From: Antedon mediterranea
Taxonomy: Eukaryota; Animalia; Echinodermata
Length of the DNA stretch: 64,000 nt
Assembly (NCBI RefSeq): GCF_964355755.1
Contig: NC_092675.1
Location: 1,979,812 to 2,043,811 of the forward strand
Direction of reading: 5' to 3'
In this document: positions 49,666-62,620 of the stretch, piece by piece
Numbering within the stretch: the stretch's first letter is position 1
Layout: every line of letters starts with the position of its first letter
The notes under the pieces: model-generated
The model's input: the letters and a program-made list of their open reading frames with translations, nothing else
What the model was told of the DNA's origin: nothing
Databases searched by the model: none
Made by a program: the position numbers and the translations under genes

Positions 49666-52361
49666 TAAACACGTTTGAACCAGCAGCATTGGGGAGAGGG
49701 TTTAGCGTTATAAGGGTTTGGTGTTTAATTCAGTATCAAAACGACCAGAACTTTTTTTTTTTAACTTAGCTGAAGTTTTCACTTCATATTATTCCAAATC
49801 ATAATTGTCTTACTTAACAATTTTAAAATCAATTGATAACAATAATGAAAAGGAATAGGACAACTACGAAGCAAAGCTTTAAACCTGTGGCGCCCTTTAA
49901 AAATAAAAACAAATTATTTTAATAGTATGTATGAAAGAATAGACATTTAGTGATATTAATTCATTAAAGTACTGCAAGATAATAAATTCTAATCAATAAA
50001 TAATAAAAACAATAGTATGTATAGTGTTACTAGGAAAGTTTATGGGGTGAGAAGAGTTGTTAAAACTCTGTCCTATTTAGGTCTAAATGAACCAGTTGAA
50101 TGAAGTGCTCGGTTCGGTTAATAACTCTAAAGTACTACACTGAAGCAATGAGGTTTTATTTCTGTACACTCTAATTGGCCTAATGAATTTTCAATTTCAA
50201 TTTATTTAAAGGATTCAATTTGTGTACAAATCGACTTAAAGTTCAATTATGATAAATGATGGCTTTTAGAAACATACTTGAATGTATGACGTCATGTAAA
50301 ATATTATACATCACTCATATAAGATCTTATTTCCTATTTAGTGGAAAATATATCCAGTTAAAAATGATATTTTGCTATTAGTTTTATGATTTCTCGTAAA
50401 TTCCATAAGAGCAATAATAAATCATATTTACGCTTAAAGCAATACATTATTGATGTTACTAATTTTGATTTCTACAACTCATAGTATTATATCACTGTAT
50501 TTAACTACTAAACGGTACTACTGCTGTTTTTACTACTACTAATCTAGTGTATAGCCTACTGGTGCTTCACCCTTGGTTAATATTTACTATAAGTAGCAGT
50601 CTAACTATGTCACTACAATTCTGATGTTGCTGGTACTGCTCCATTTCTGGAGATCATACACTGCAGTTTACTTTTTGCGAAGAAACTTGATTTCTTCTAT
50701 ACATTCTAGCATTCCTCAAGTCTTAAAATCTCCTGTTAATAGGCAGATTTCTAAATACAGTGTAGCATAGGACATTCACTACCGTAACCCTTGAAAATAA
50801 TAGAGCAGTGACGAACATGTGACGCTGTAATTCTAAACGGCCCAAGTAATTATCTTCATGGACCGATTATCACTAACTTTCGTGTGGGTAGATCACAGCT
50901 TACGTGGGTAAAAAACTAAGCCCGAACGTGCGCTACTGAACAATAAAAAGCAGAGTGGAGATATTCACATTAAGCCTACTTAAATCAGTGATCTACTGTG
51001 ACATTAGGCTATAGTTTTACAAACTGCTAATCCAGTTACCAATGCTAATTAGTCTACCATTACACTCACCGACTTTTAAAACTACAACAGACTAATATTA
51101 GCATACTGCTATTCGTATGTTTTCCTATCATAATTAGCAAAGACAAATATAGGACTAACATCACTTGATTCAATGTACAATATTTTAGTTATAATATACA
51201 GGTATAATGTACCCGAATGCCAATTTTTTTTTTTCATGTTTTGATATAATTATAACGCGGAATACAGTAACTAAACCCCATGCTGACGTTTGCTTTATTA
51301 TTGTGACTTTCATTCATTCTAGATTTGATTTTATATGTAGGTTAAAATTACACGAATGAACTCTGCATTTCATGTAATATAATTTTTTTTCGCAATTCTT
51401 TCTTGTTATATAATATTTTGTGCACTACATTATTGTACAATCAAACACGCAGATAACGATGTTATACTATTTTAGCGAACTATCTAACGTGATCAATTCC
51501 AACTTGAAATCTTCATTCAACGTCAATTAGCAAGTGTTACAGCAAAGCGGCCTCCATCCGAGTCCTAAACTGTAGGCATCCGCATTATCATCAGACAGTT
51601 ACTTTGGATATCAGTTCACGGGAGCAACGGTAAGTAACATTGTATGCCTATTTGATTCATATTTAGCTGTGTAGGCCTATAATCAAAGAAACTTATTACC
51701 CAGTAAACTTCACCAACGGCGACAATTAATGCATGCAAATCTTCATCGGTGGGACTTTATTCTGGTTCTTTAACGTGTTCTTATTCATCAGCGATGGTTT
51801 AGTTTAGATATAATAGGTAAGTTTTGGCGACGTGTGCCTTGTTAACCCCATGTCTACAACAAACCCAATCGGTGTTAAAATGTGTTGATCTCAGAAATGA
51901 CGATTTCGGTTGGCGGCAAACTATTACAATTATGTAATCACTCGTTGTGAAAAAGTGAATCTCCACACAGTTCAGTCGTCGTTCGTTTGTTTGAATGTTA
52001 CAAGGTTATCATGATCATACAAGTTCATCATGATCCATCTGCACCTACTCTGTGGACACTGGGTACCAAATCTTCAACGTATTTACATGTATGCATTACG
52101 TAACTCTTTCTAAATAATCAAACTAAACGAAGAGCTGAACTATAGCGCCAACACACTGACAAACAATTAGGCTTTAAATGTACAGATGTAAACCATAAAA
52201 ACATAACGGTTTGGGTTGCATAAATCAATAACATGTTAATTACATACTGCGTTCACACCGGAAAGAAATCGTGAAAATCGATAAAGATAGAATATAGCAG
52301 CTCACATCCGTCCTGATTCCGTTCATCACGTGATCAGCAGCGTTGTAGGCCCTATAACTTA

Positions 52362-52517
52362 AACTCTGTCTACACTATCAAACTATATGTGACAAAAAAA
52401 TGTGATGTGTCCATATATGGACATGATGATGTCATCCAACTACCATATTTGGCCACTACCATATTTGGAACCATCACATTTTTTTGTCACATAAAGTTTG
52501 ATAGTGTAGACAGAGCT
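52362..52517. mobile_element. MITE family A, complete copy
   Basis: Extended TIRs (~45 bp); TTA TSD. Confidence 0.85.
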
Positions 52518-53814
52518 TTACCCAGTCTGGATTTTTTCCGACCACCGGACCGAATTTATTTAATGTAAATGGAGCTTGATCTGCTAAATGTCTTTATTTT
52601 ATTTATTGATTATAAGGCCGATGATAAAGCCGAAACGTGTCTTTAAGCTCTCTTCATTATAATTTTGAAAACAACACTAATCGATATCGTGTTATAAAGC
52701 CAAAGTTTGAGAAATGAAAGAAAGTTGATCCGATCCTATAGCGTCTATGTGTTTAAATTACATTCTCAATCCATAATGACTGCAATCAGGATTAAAGACG
52801 AAGAAATATTACACAAACATTACACCTCAATATCATAAAGGCTTAAGAACACTTATTTATTTTTATATTATTTCACACGTATTGTATTGTTATCCAAACG
52901 TCTTATCCTTAATTTATTTACAGCATTTATTGATGATCTTTAAAAAAAGATTTATGAAGCACTTCTTAATAATTGCCGACTGTAATCGAGTTAATACAAC
53001 ACGTTCATTTCAATAATCTACCTAAATAATATCTTCCTAGTGGGTAGTGAATGCCTTAAGTCACGGAACATCAAATGTCGCGTGGTCTTATGATAATAGA
53101 TATGATATAGCACAATTAATAATACATAATTATAGTAATGAATATGACACAAAGGGTATAATTATTCTTTACTAAAAGGTATATTCATCAAATATGATAT
53201 TTATTTCATTATAATGATGACGGAAACAATTAGGCCTATTAAGATGTTGGCGACTACTGCAATAGACAGTAATGTGGCCTAACAAGTTAAGAGATAAGAG
53301 AAGTTTTTTTTTTATCATTGACAAATACATTTAGAGTCATACAAGTAAAATACAAGTGAATATTAAATTACTTCTCTTTGATTATTCAAATCATATAATG
53401 CAGGCCTACACAAGTTATAGAAAACATTATATTTATACGTATACCGTATACATTATGTATACAAATTAAGAAATTGATGTTGATGACACTATTTCTATTT
53501 CTATTTCTTAAAAGCTTTCCGAAAAAACTAAACAATATGACTATATTAAAGAAGAGAAACCAACATTTCATTTATGTTGCCATATTTATATCAAAATTAC
53601 AATAACGAGGATAATGAAATTAATTAAAATTAATTAAAAGATTATTCTTCAAACACAGAGTGTAATTTCACTCTTCCCTGAGATTATTCAAAACACTCCG
53701 TTTATTCGGAAAACATGATTTACAACTTATGATTGTGAGCCTCAGTATTCCATGTAAAGATGGAACACCACCATTTAAACAACATGAACTAGTTCACGAA
53801 GTAATTATGTAATA

Positions 53815-54087
53815 GGGCTAATCGTGGCTCGAATCCAACTCTCGGCGCATTGCTTGTATCCTTAGGCAAGACACTTACATTTGCCTCCCTCCACCCAGGT
53901 GTATAAAATGGGTATCCGGTTAAATCAAGACACAACTTTGAGCTGACTACTAACGGCACTATGGGAGTATGTTTCAATACGTGTGTATGATAAGAAACAA
54001 ATGACCGGGGTAATAATGTGCAGCGCATTGAGAGCTTGCTTATTATGCGCTATATAAAAATGAACTATTATTATTATTATTATTATT
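53815..54087 (+). mobile_element. tRNA-derived SINE with CORE-like body and L2-like tail
   Basis: B-box-like gctcgaatcc; tccttaggcaagacactt...ctccacccaggtgtataaaatggg; tail agcgcattgag..gcgctatataaa..(TAT)n. Confidence 0.75.
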
Positions 54088-55346
54088 CACTCCGATTATT
54101 TTCTCTATTTCAATTCAGCGATAACACGTTTGACATTTACTTTGGAGAATCGACTAATTATTCGGTAAGAAAGTTTGTGGTTAACAAATGTAGATTATGT
54201 TCGAGAAGGTTAGGTCTGTATTGGTGATTAAACGTTGAATATGGCAGAGAATAGTATCATGTAGCAGGACTCGCATAAATAATAAAGAAATATAAATTAT
54301 ATATGTATTATTCAATTTCTTTGACCATATCATAAAAAAAAAATCTGACATTTTTACTATGATTTACGTGGAATCGAATAAAGTGTAATAACAAACTTTG
54401 AAGGAAATCTGTCAACGGACGTAGACTTGGCCTTGAAACCCAACACCATAACGCAATATATTTGATTAAGAAACGTATTATTAGTATACAATAAAACATT
54501 GAGTACATCCTTCATAAGCCATTTAATAATCAAGGCAGGGACCAGAAAGATATTCTACACATTTCTGTACAGACAAAAATAACTCAACTCAATGTACCTA
54601 CACTAGAAAATGAAAAAGCTTTTTAGAAAAGAAAATTCTTCAACCAGATTTTAAATTTGAAAATTGGTATTAGTTCCACAACATTGGAACTTTCAGAGCA
54701 AAGATCTCTGATCAGGTAGACTACATGGACCGAATGAAAAGTAAGTCTAGCAGGCCGGTAAATCTGTACAAGCTCAAATAACAATATGCGAGGATAATTG
54801 GTATTGCAAGTTTTGCAGTAAACATTAACTGAAATATATATATTTTTAACTTTTAAATAAAGTTCACACAAATTTAACAAGAAATAGCTGTCCAATTTCA
54901 AGTTTACAATAATGTATAACTAATTTTACAACGTAAGTTTGAGATAAATTGAATTCTTAAATTCACGTAGTCATTTGAAAATAGAATTATAGGCAATTTC
55001 GTTGGAAGTGGAAATTGTCCTATTTAATCAGGAAAAATGAATGTTGCTTGTCTGTATACTCGTTTGATGTAAGTATTTGGCTGCAGAGAATGATAATTTC
55101 AAGTTAACAGTTGTAATTGTAATCGTCAGCGTAATTCATTGTGGCATGTTCTTTCTGACATTCTAACATTTCAGATAATGTTCTGTCATTTCCACAGAAC
55201 ATTATGCTATTAAATGGCCATGAGTAACGGATGGACGAAAACAGTACGAACGTGAAAAATCTAAAGATCATATAAATTTCCGATGGAAATCTAACATGAC
55301 ATTATACACAAGTCAATCGTACCTAAACATGCAAACATACTGTGAA

Positions 55347-55680
55347 AGTTCTGTCTACACTATAACACTTTATGTGACAAAAAAAAAGGTGAAATGCCCA
55401 TATAATTATGGACATGATGATGTCATATCACTACTATATTTGGGCATATCACTACCATATTTAGGCACATCACTACCATATTTGGCCATATCACTACCAT
55501 ATTTAGGCACATCACTACCATATTTGGCCATATTACTACCATATTTAGGCACATCACTACCATATTTGGCCATATTACTACCATATTTAGGCACATCACT
55601 ACCATATTTGGCCATATTACTACCATATTTAGGCATATCACACTTTTTTTTCAAACTAGTTTGATCATGTAGACAGATCT
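55347..55680. mobile_element. MITE family A, copy with expanded 10 x 21-bp array (55424-55641)
   Basis: Same TIRs (degenerate); unit CAYATYACTACCATATTTRGS. Confidence 0.85.
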
Positions 55681-58600
55681 TTAGACAGTTGAATACAAAA
55701 GTGTGCATTTTTAACATCGGAAAAGCATAGAAGAAAGCAGGTTACACGAATGCTATCACATGTGGCAAATCTTATTCCGCAGCAAATGATACGGCACTTA
55801 TCCAAACGAATGACGAAAATAGATGACCGATGCAATATCGTAAGCAAGTAGACATTTTAATGATTCCAAAACTATTTTTTTTTCTACAGTTTTCGATGAT
55901 CCGATATGATTAGAGTTGTGATTGGTAGAGCGTAGAAATTGAAGGACTTTTATGCACCGTTACCATTAACGACTAGCCATCCATTCCTTCTCTGATTCAT
56001 GTCACATCTTTCTTTCATCATTAGCGTGGTCATTATAAATAACACTGGAGGTTGATGGTTAAAAACATTTTATTCTATAATAATCGATATTCAGCACTAT
56101 ACACTGTTCAGCTTTGTTGATTTGTCTGCGACGGATTATCGTGCATTCACGTATGTAACACTTCCTTACAACTCTGAATCCAGGGTTCAAATCCTAAGTC
56201 AGTACTAATGTCAGCAACTTAGCATCATACGAGATGTGGTTGCCAGAGGGATGGGTGTATTTTTCTAAAACTGTCTTTTAAATCATTCGGACAATGTAAT
56301 AGCGTTTGACATGTATTACAGAATTTCACAATACTGGACTACTGATCTACTAAAATAGATCATTGAATATGATTATAAAAAATGTTACTATAAATATAAT
56401 AAAAATAATAATAAAACAATGGACCAACTATATTACAACTACCTAGCCTAGCATATGATACATGCTAATATAATTTCCAATATTGACTAATATGATTAAT
56501 AATTCCAGAAATTACATATTACACACAAAAATAACATCGGATAACACTCTGCACAGTATAAACAATCAATCACTTTTTCCCCAAGACAATATAAAGATAG
56601 GATATCTTTCATCATAATCCCGTGACACCATTCCGACACTCCAAAGTTGATACCACTGCCCATCCTCTGTATCATCAATCTTATCATTATTTAAATAATC
56701 ATCATGCATTTATGATATTTATTATCATTGATAACATGGATGTATAATATCAGATCTTGGATTTGCTCAAAAACACGACTCAGCATCATTAGATATACAG
56801 ACAGATCTACGAGAATGTTAAAATGTTGCTCCAATCGTCTCGTCTTCTGCTTGATACAAGAACACAGTTAGTTGCATAATTCATTTAAAGTTCTATAATA
56901 GTACCTCGTAGTATTGTAAAGATCACGAAGAAGTTAAGATTGATAGATAGTGTGTGGTACATACATCTCTCTTACAAAATATCCGTTACTTATTTTCTAT
57001 AATTATCAGCAACAATCAGATCAGCAGTATAATCGAAAACGAATGCTCATTTTCAAGTCAATGCCTTTTCATTGTGAACGTAATCGTGTTATCTATTCTT
57101 AGCTCAAAACTCAATCTTGAACAACCTTCAAAGGCGTAAGCTCTTGATAAATCTACATCGAAATAGATTACAACAGATACGCCAGTTTTAGCTTCTGATA
57201 ACGTAGATGATTGGTAAATTAATGCAAGGAGTAACCAATAGACCTGGCTTCATCGGCGCCGTTATCAGATTAATCGTCCATAGAATAATACAAAAAACGT
57301 CCAATCCATCGTTAACGGCCTAAGACTACTGACGCGCTCGTATTTTATATATCTCGAATATTACTTTCAAATAAATCTTTATTCAAATCTAGCACAATAT
57401 ATAGAATTGTATGATTCTAAACTTTTATGGAAATGGTCAATTCTCTTTGGGGAAAATGAACTAGCCAACAAATGTATTTGATTCTTGCGCGTTTTTACGT
57501 TAGATATGGGAATAATTTAAGGAAGCATTGATTTTCTTACAGGTATTTTCAAATTCAGAGTTAGTATACGCCTAACTGTATTTTTAATTTACATTAAAAC
57601 TCATTATATACCCAAGTAATAATAACGGGCAGTTTTAATTTGTTGTAAACATTTGACAACAAACTTGTACTAACTGTATGAAAGATTTCTTCGAATATAT
57701 ATTTTCTGTTCCTCCTCCATCATCGGATGCAACAGATTGTATTGTAACCTTTAACCTTAACCCATTTCGACGTTGAAGCTTTCCAATAAAAACGGCTTTT
57801 CAGACAGTTCTTATAATTCTATCATGATTTAATCTGGTTTAAGATGTAAAATGACGTTAATTCATACTTCTAGGCATGGCTTTAGCATACATAGTCGCAT
57901 CACTATGTTCACATTTAACATGCAAACCCATGGTTTTCTTCTGTTTTTTTTTAGTTTCATGGAATTTAAAGATGATGATACATGATAGTCAACCTCTCGT
58001 ATAATCCTATTTAGTAGACCTAGTGATTGAGGATGCAAAAAGACAGAAGACTGACATTTAGTATCATTTTGGACTAGTATTAAAATTTTTTATCTGATTC
58101 TAGATTTCTTTTTTTCCCCCAAATCTTAATATTGCTTAATAAATCACACTGTAAAACAAAGATTAAACAAAATTCAATGTGATTGTGAATATTATAATTA
58201 TTGTAATGTTATATTATAATTACCTGTCAATAGAAAATCGTATTTTTCAAATTAAGATGAGCAAAACGAAACATTAATTATTTAATTTAATTAAACTGTT
58301 TATAAATTATAACATAAACAAACTTAGTAATAACGTAAAGAATATTATAATGAAGATATTTCTGATTCAAGTATAAAAACAATTAATTAGTTGCTCCTAA
58401 AAAACAGTATGTATGCTACAATATAAGCACGAACCATATACATAACAAAATAACGAACTGGGTTATTGGATTATGAATGCAATGTAACTATTGGTAGACT
58501 TTAAAATACTTGCATTAAAACAAATCGTCCTTTTTATCGTTAAGTTAATTTAAAAACAATTGTTGTTTGTTTGTCTCTTCATTAAACGTGTTGACATTGC

Positions 58601-58757
58601 TTTATATCTGCACTGTTAGGTTGAGCAATATCGTTATTATACAGTAACTATCAATTAATTGATTTAAAGAATATTCCATGCATAACAATTGACAAAATAC
58701 AATACGAAAATGAAGCAATTCTTTGGGAATAATCTGAGCAAACCGAAATGTCTTAAT

Positions 58758-61700
58758 GGTACTGGTACTGGTACTGGTTCAAATAACCGTCTCACAGAGA
58801 CATCTGGTAGCCATTGACTTGAAGTTGGCATTTGGATGTGTTACTTTTAAATGTAGGCCTACAGTATGAGAGTGACTACTACCAAATTACACAGTCACAA
58901 AACAACTTATAAAACAGTTCATATATACAGTTAAAACATTGCTGGGAATTATAAATTTCTGTTGAAGCAGGCTCTAATGAAGTTGCATCTAGTAAGTTGA
59001 CTTTGTTGTACAACTCTATCAAGTACTGATGGTATCTTCCGACCTCTTCGTTTACTTTGTGTTGTGTGAAAAGTAAGAATTTTTGTAGGATCTTCATTTT
59101 CTTTTCTAATTACATGTCCGATCCAGTTGAATTGTTGCTTGTAGACATATTCTTCTAGCGGTTGACAGCCAGTAATTTTGTAGAGATCGTCATTATCAAT
59201 TACGTAACGCCAGTCTATATAGTTTTCATCTGTTTCAGCATCTGAGGATATGTCTACATGGTTTGGTGGGCAGACTCTTTGAAAGCCATTCACTAGCATT
59301 CTTCTTAGGAAGGTTTTGTATGTTGTGCTAAGTTTGGACATTTCACTTCCTGTTGCCCTCCAAGCATGGCAACCATAGGTGAGTCTACTCCTAACTAGAC
59401 CATTAAGAAACATCATTCTTGTTTGTAGGTGGATCGTTCTGTTGGTAAGCAATGCCCTATTCTCTGCAAATGCTCCTTTGGCTGAATTGATTCTGTATTT
59501 TACTTCTTGATCTCCAATATGAACATCATTGTAGGTAGCCCATACACCAAGGTATCTAAAGTGTGTTACGTTGTTAATGTGTACGCCGCCAATTTGTATG
59601 ATGCATCTTGGGTATTCTTCAACTTCCTCTTTCCAGTTCCATATAATGGTTTCTGTTTTGGGGGCACTAATTCTTAGGCCAAATTCCAGACATACTTTAT
59701 TCAAGATGTTCACAATGGTTTGCAGTTCTTCTTGTGACCAGGAGCTTACAGCAAAGTCGTCAGCATAGCCACTTTCAAAGTCGTCATAGATGCCCCTTGA
59801 TGGTGCTTTACATCTTTGAGCACGATTTGTAGCTTCAATAGGAATTAGGTATTGTATCATTAGGCCATCCAAACTAGCATCTTTACAGCGTTGTTTGAAC
59901 ACTCTAATAACGTAATCAAAATATTGGTTAAACATGCTGGTACTCTCAATACCACCCTGTCGCACCCCAGAAGATGTTTCGAACTTATCATCACTCGGAT
60001 CGTCGTCAGCAAGGTATGCTTTCGTTGAGCTGTACAGTGATTGTATAATGTCAATCATAGTAGTAGACTGGTTTAAGTGAAACCTATTACGAACGCTTAG
60101 GAAAAGAAGATTACGATTCACATGGTCGAATGCTGCTGTTAAATCAATGAAGCATGTATAGAGTTTGCGATTTGAGCGATACGCAATTTCCTGGATCTGC
60201 TTGATTACATATATAGCATCATTGCACCCTCTGTTGGACCTGAATCCAAACTGTGTGCGTAGAAGTTGACTTTCATAAAAGATGGAAAAACGTGAAAGAA
60301 TGATAACCATAAGTATCTTTGAAAATGTAGACCCAATTGATATTCCTCTATACATTGATGGATCAAGTGGACTGCCTTTTTTTTTCCAAATGGTTGTTAA
60401 TTTGGACAGTCCCCAATCACTTGGTACTTCTTTCGTTCTCCAAATTTCCTCAAACAGTCTATGTACATGGTCGACGAATACTGGGTTCTCTGTGGCGACT
60501 TGCAACATTTCAGAAGCGACATCTAGGGTAGCTTTGCGACCTTTTAGATGTCCGATTGCATCAATAATTTCTTTCTTGGACGGAGGTTCATTGTCCATCT
60601 CAAATTCTGGTTGTCTCAGGTTGATAATATATTCTGGAGGTGTGCTAATTTCATCTGGGATTTTAAGGCTAGATTGGTCTGGATTAAAGTGATCTTTAAA
60701 GTGTTCACGTAATCCAGGACATTTTATAGGCTTTGGTGCTTTTCTTATAACATCACCGTGCTCCTTAGCTTTTCTCCATAAATCAAATATTTTTCTATTT
60801 TGGTGGGCTTCATTTAACTTGCTTGCTTCTTCATACAAATATTCATTCCGTAGTTCCTTCACCCTTATCTTAATTGCTTTCTGCATAGCCTTGATCTCCT
60901 CTTCTTTGTAGGTAACTATGCTTTTGTTAATATTCTTTCTTTCTTTTATAAGCTGTTGTAGTCTTTCATCACCATCCCAGGGATGAGCATTTTGGTTTCT
61001 TGTTTTCTTCGGGACTTCTTCAACTGCCTTATTTAGCACTGTCATAAGTGTTGTATAGCGCTCAGTTGATGTAGTGGTTGTTGTCTTTTCAGGAGAAGTA
61101 ATTTTATTAATTTCTTCTTCTATCTTTGTTTTAACATTATTTCTTACTTCTCGATCTTTAAGTTTACTCATGTTGGCTCTCTTGCTCTGTTTTTTCTTTT
61201 TATGCTTCTTCCACCTGGCTGCTTTGTTGGCTGGTGTTGTCATATTACTCACAAGGATTCTATGATCCGACGAAAGATAATAGTTGTTATAGACTCTTGT
61301 GTCAGTAACATACTTCCTCAACCAGTGATCACATATGTTGTAATCTAGTATTTTCTTTGTAACACCATCGTTGCTATGCCAAGTGATCCGATGAACGTTT
61401 GGATGGTCAAACCAGGTGTTCAGTATGCATAGCTTGAAGTCAGAGCAGTAGTTGATGAGTCTTGTGCCATTGTCGTTACTAATGTCATCTGTGTCTTGAA
61501 ATCTATGTAGGTTTCCATCAAAGAGTGATTTTCTGGTTGTTATTGTTGATGTTGCATTAAAGTCTCCCATCAGTAAGAGTTTTGTGTTGTTCTCGACTCT
61601 TGTTACTTTGGAGAGTTTTGCATAGAAAATATCCTTTGATGATTCTGAACCGGATTCCGTAGGAGAGTACGCAGACACAATTCTTAATTTACAATTTTTT

Positions 61701-62620
61701 ATTGTGACGTCTATTGCCATTAGACGTTCATAAACATAATAAACATTAGACACTTTGATATGGGGTGACTGTTTGATGGCAATAGCAACCCCATACATCT
61801 TTTTGATTTTCAGTCCAGTCCAGTATACATTGTAGCCCTCATGTGAGATTGCACCGGTACCAATCCGTCTCACTTCCTGCATACACACGATGTCAAGGTT
61901 TGCTGCTTTAATTTGAATGAGGGTTTCATGTAGTAAGAAGTCATCTGAGCAGGTATTAACATTAATCTGTCCTGCTCGCCAATGAAAATATTTTGCAGGC
62001 TTTTTTTTCCTAACTGCTTCTTGTACTTTCTTGTTTATGTTAGAAAGGTTTTTAGAATCTATATCTTTATTACTCTTTGTGTGAAATTTTGACTTGCGTC
62101 CACCACGGGTACCTCTATAATGGAAAATTCCCAAGTCTTTCAAAACACTTCCAACCGCAGTAGTAATTTTTCCAGCATATTGTCTCAGGTTAAGTAGCTT
62201 TGAGTAGCTATAGTTATAGGTCAACATAGTTTACTCGTAGCAATGGTAGATTATAATAATAATATCACACCATGGAGTAACCATGATCACGCATACACCG
62301 ACTCTAGGCCCTGTAAACAAATCTTCTATGCTATGCTGTCCCAAAGTTCTAAGGCAACAATAGGCTTTGCTTCACTGAACACTGCTAAGACAATAGCATG
62401 CACACAGCTAGATAGGGCCTAGCTATAGCTATAAAAAAATCTTTTCTAAATCCAGTTTAGCTGATAAAAATAAGAAAAAAGAATATACAATACAATAGTT
62501 GTAAGTGCTGATAACAATATTGGTAGTAAAATCACTCTCAAAATGTGTACTTAAAACCCAAAAAGCAAGATTTTAAAAGCAGAATGGGAGTAACACTGTC
62601 AAGCGCCTCTGGCAGCCAGT
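58758..62620 (-). mobile_element. Full-length single-ORF RTE-clade non-LTR retrotransposon (ends approximate)
   Basis: ~390-bp 5' leader; 1092-aa ORF; 3' UTR with stem-loop gtctc-tgt-gagac (58789-58801) and (CCAGTA)n tail. Confidence 0.88.
58949..62227 (-). CDS. AP endonuclease plus reverse transcriptase of the RTE-like LINE
   Basis: APE: QINVNT, CMQEVR, SAYSPT, MGDFNA, LDY, SDH. RT: YRGISI, QFGFR, FIDLTAAFD, GVRQG, YADD, FRYLG. RTE-type C-terminus WIGHVIR..RRGR; no stops. Confidence 0.93.
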   Translation of the reverse strand: MLTYNYSYSKLLNLRQYAGKITTAVGSVLKDLGIFHYRGTRGGRKSKFHTKSNKDIDSKNLSNINKKVQEAVRKKKPAKYFHWRAGQINVNTCSDDFLLHETLIQIKAANLDIVCMQEVRRIGTGAISHEGYNVYWTGLKIKKMYGVAIAIKQSPHIKVSNVYYVYERLMAIDVTIKNCKLRIVSAYSPTESGSESSKDIFYAKLSKVTRVENNTKLLLMGDFNATSTITTRKSLFDGNLHRFQDTDDISNDNGTRLINYCSDFKLCILNTWFDHPNVHRITWHSNDGVTKKILDYNICDHWLRKYVTDTRVYNNYYLSSDHRILVSNMTTPANKAARWKKHKKKKQSKRANMSKLKDREVRNNVKTKIEEEINKITSPEKTTTTTSTERYTTLMTVLNKAVEEVPKKTRNQNAHPWDGDERLQQLIKERKNINKSIVTYKEEEIKAMQKAIKIRVKELRNEYLYEEASKLNEAHQNRKIFDLWRKAKEHGDVIRKAPKPIKCPGLREHFKDHFNPDQSSLKIPDEISTPPEYIINLRQPEFEMDNEPPSKKEIIDAIGHLKGRKATLDVASEMLQVATENPVFVDHVHRLFEEIWRTKEVPSDWGLSKLTTIWKKKGSPLDPSMYRGISIGSTFSKILMVIILSRFSIFYESQLLRTQFGFRSNRGCNDAIYVIKQIQEIAYRSNRKLYTCFIDLTAAFDHVNRNLLFLSVRNRFHLNQSTTMIDIIQSLYSSTKAYLADDDPSDDKFETSSGVRQGGIESTSMFNQYFDYVIRVFKQRCKDASLDGLMIQYLIPIEATNRAQRCKAPSRGIYDDFESGYADDFAVSSWSQEELQTIVNILNKVCLEFGLRISAPKTETIIWNWKEEVEEYPRCIIQIGGVHINNVTHFRYLGVWATYNDVHIGDQEVKYRINSAKGAFAENRALLTNRTIHLQTRMMFLNGLVRSRLTYGCHAWRATGSEMSKLSTTYKTFLRRMLVNGFQRVCPPNHVDISSDAETDENYIDWRYVIDNDDLYKITGCQPLEEYVYKQQFNWIGHVIRKENEDPTKILTFHTTQSKRRGRKIPSVLDRVVQQSQLTRCNFIRACFNRNL

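Noticed and set aside
52605-52645. Second hammerhead-like motif (ggc..gccGAAACgtGTC)
   Set aside because: The CUGAUGA core is not intact in register with stem II; at best a decayed relic.
55406-55717. Periodic ORFs (KYGSDVP/KYGSNMA etc.) and a CRISPR-like appearance
   Set aside because: Head-to-tail 21-bp units with no unique spacers, inside a MITE; the ORFs are a by-product of a unit length divisible by 3.
56140-56200. tRNA-like B-box (gggttcaaatcc); a similar one at ~23250-23310 on the minus strand
   Set aside because: No cloverleaf; probably eroded SINE heads rather than tRNA genes.
56700-57300. Possible decayed LINE endonuclease on the minus strand
   Set aside because: Too degenerate, with no intact diagnostic motif.
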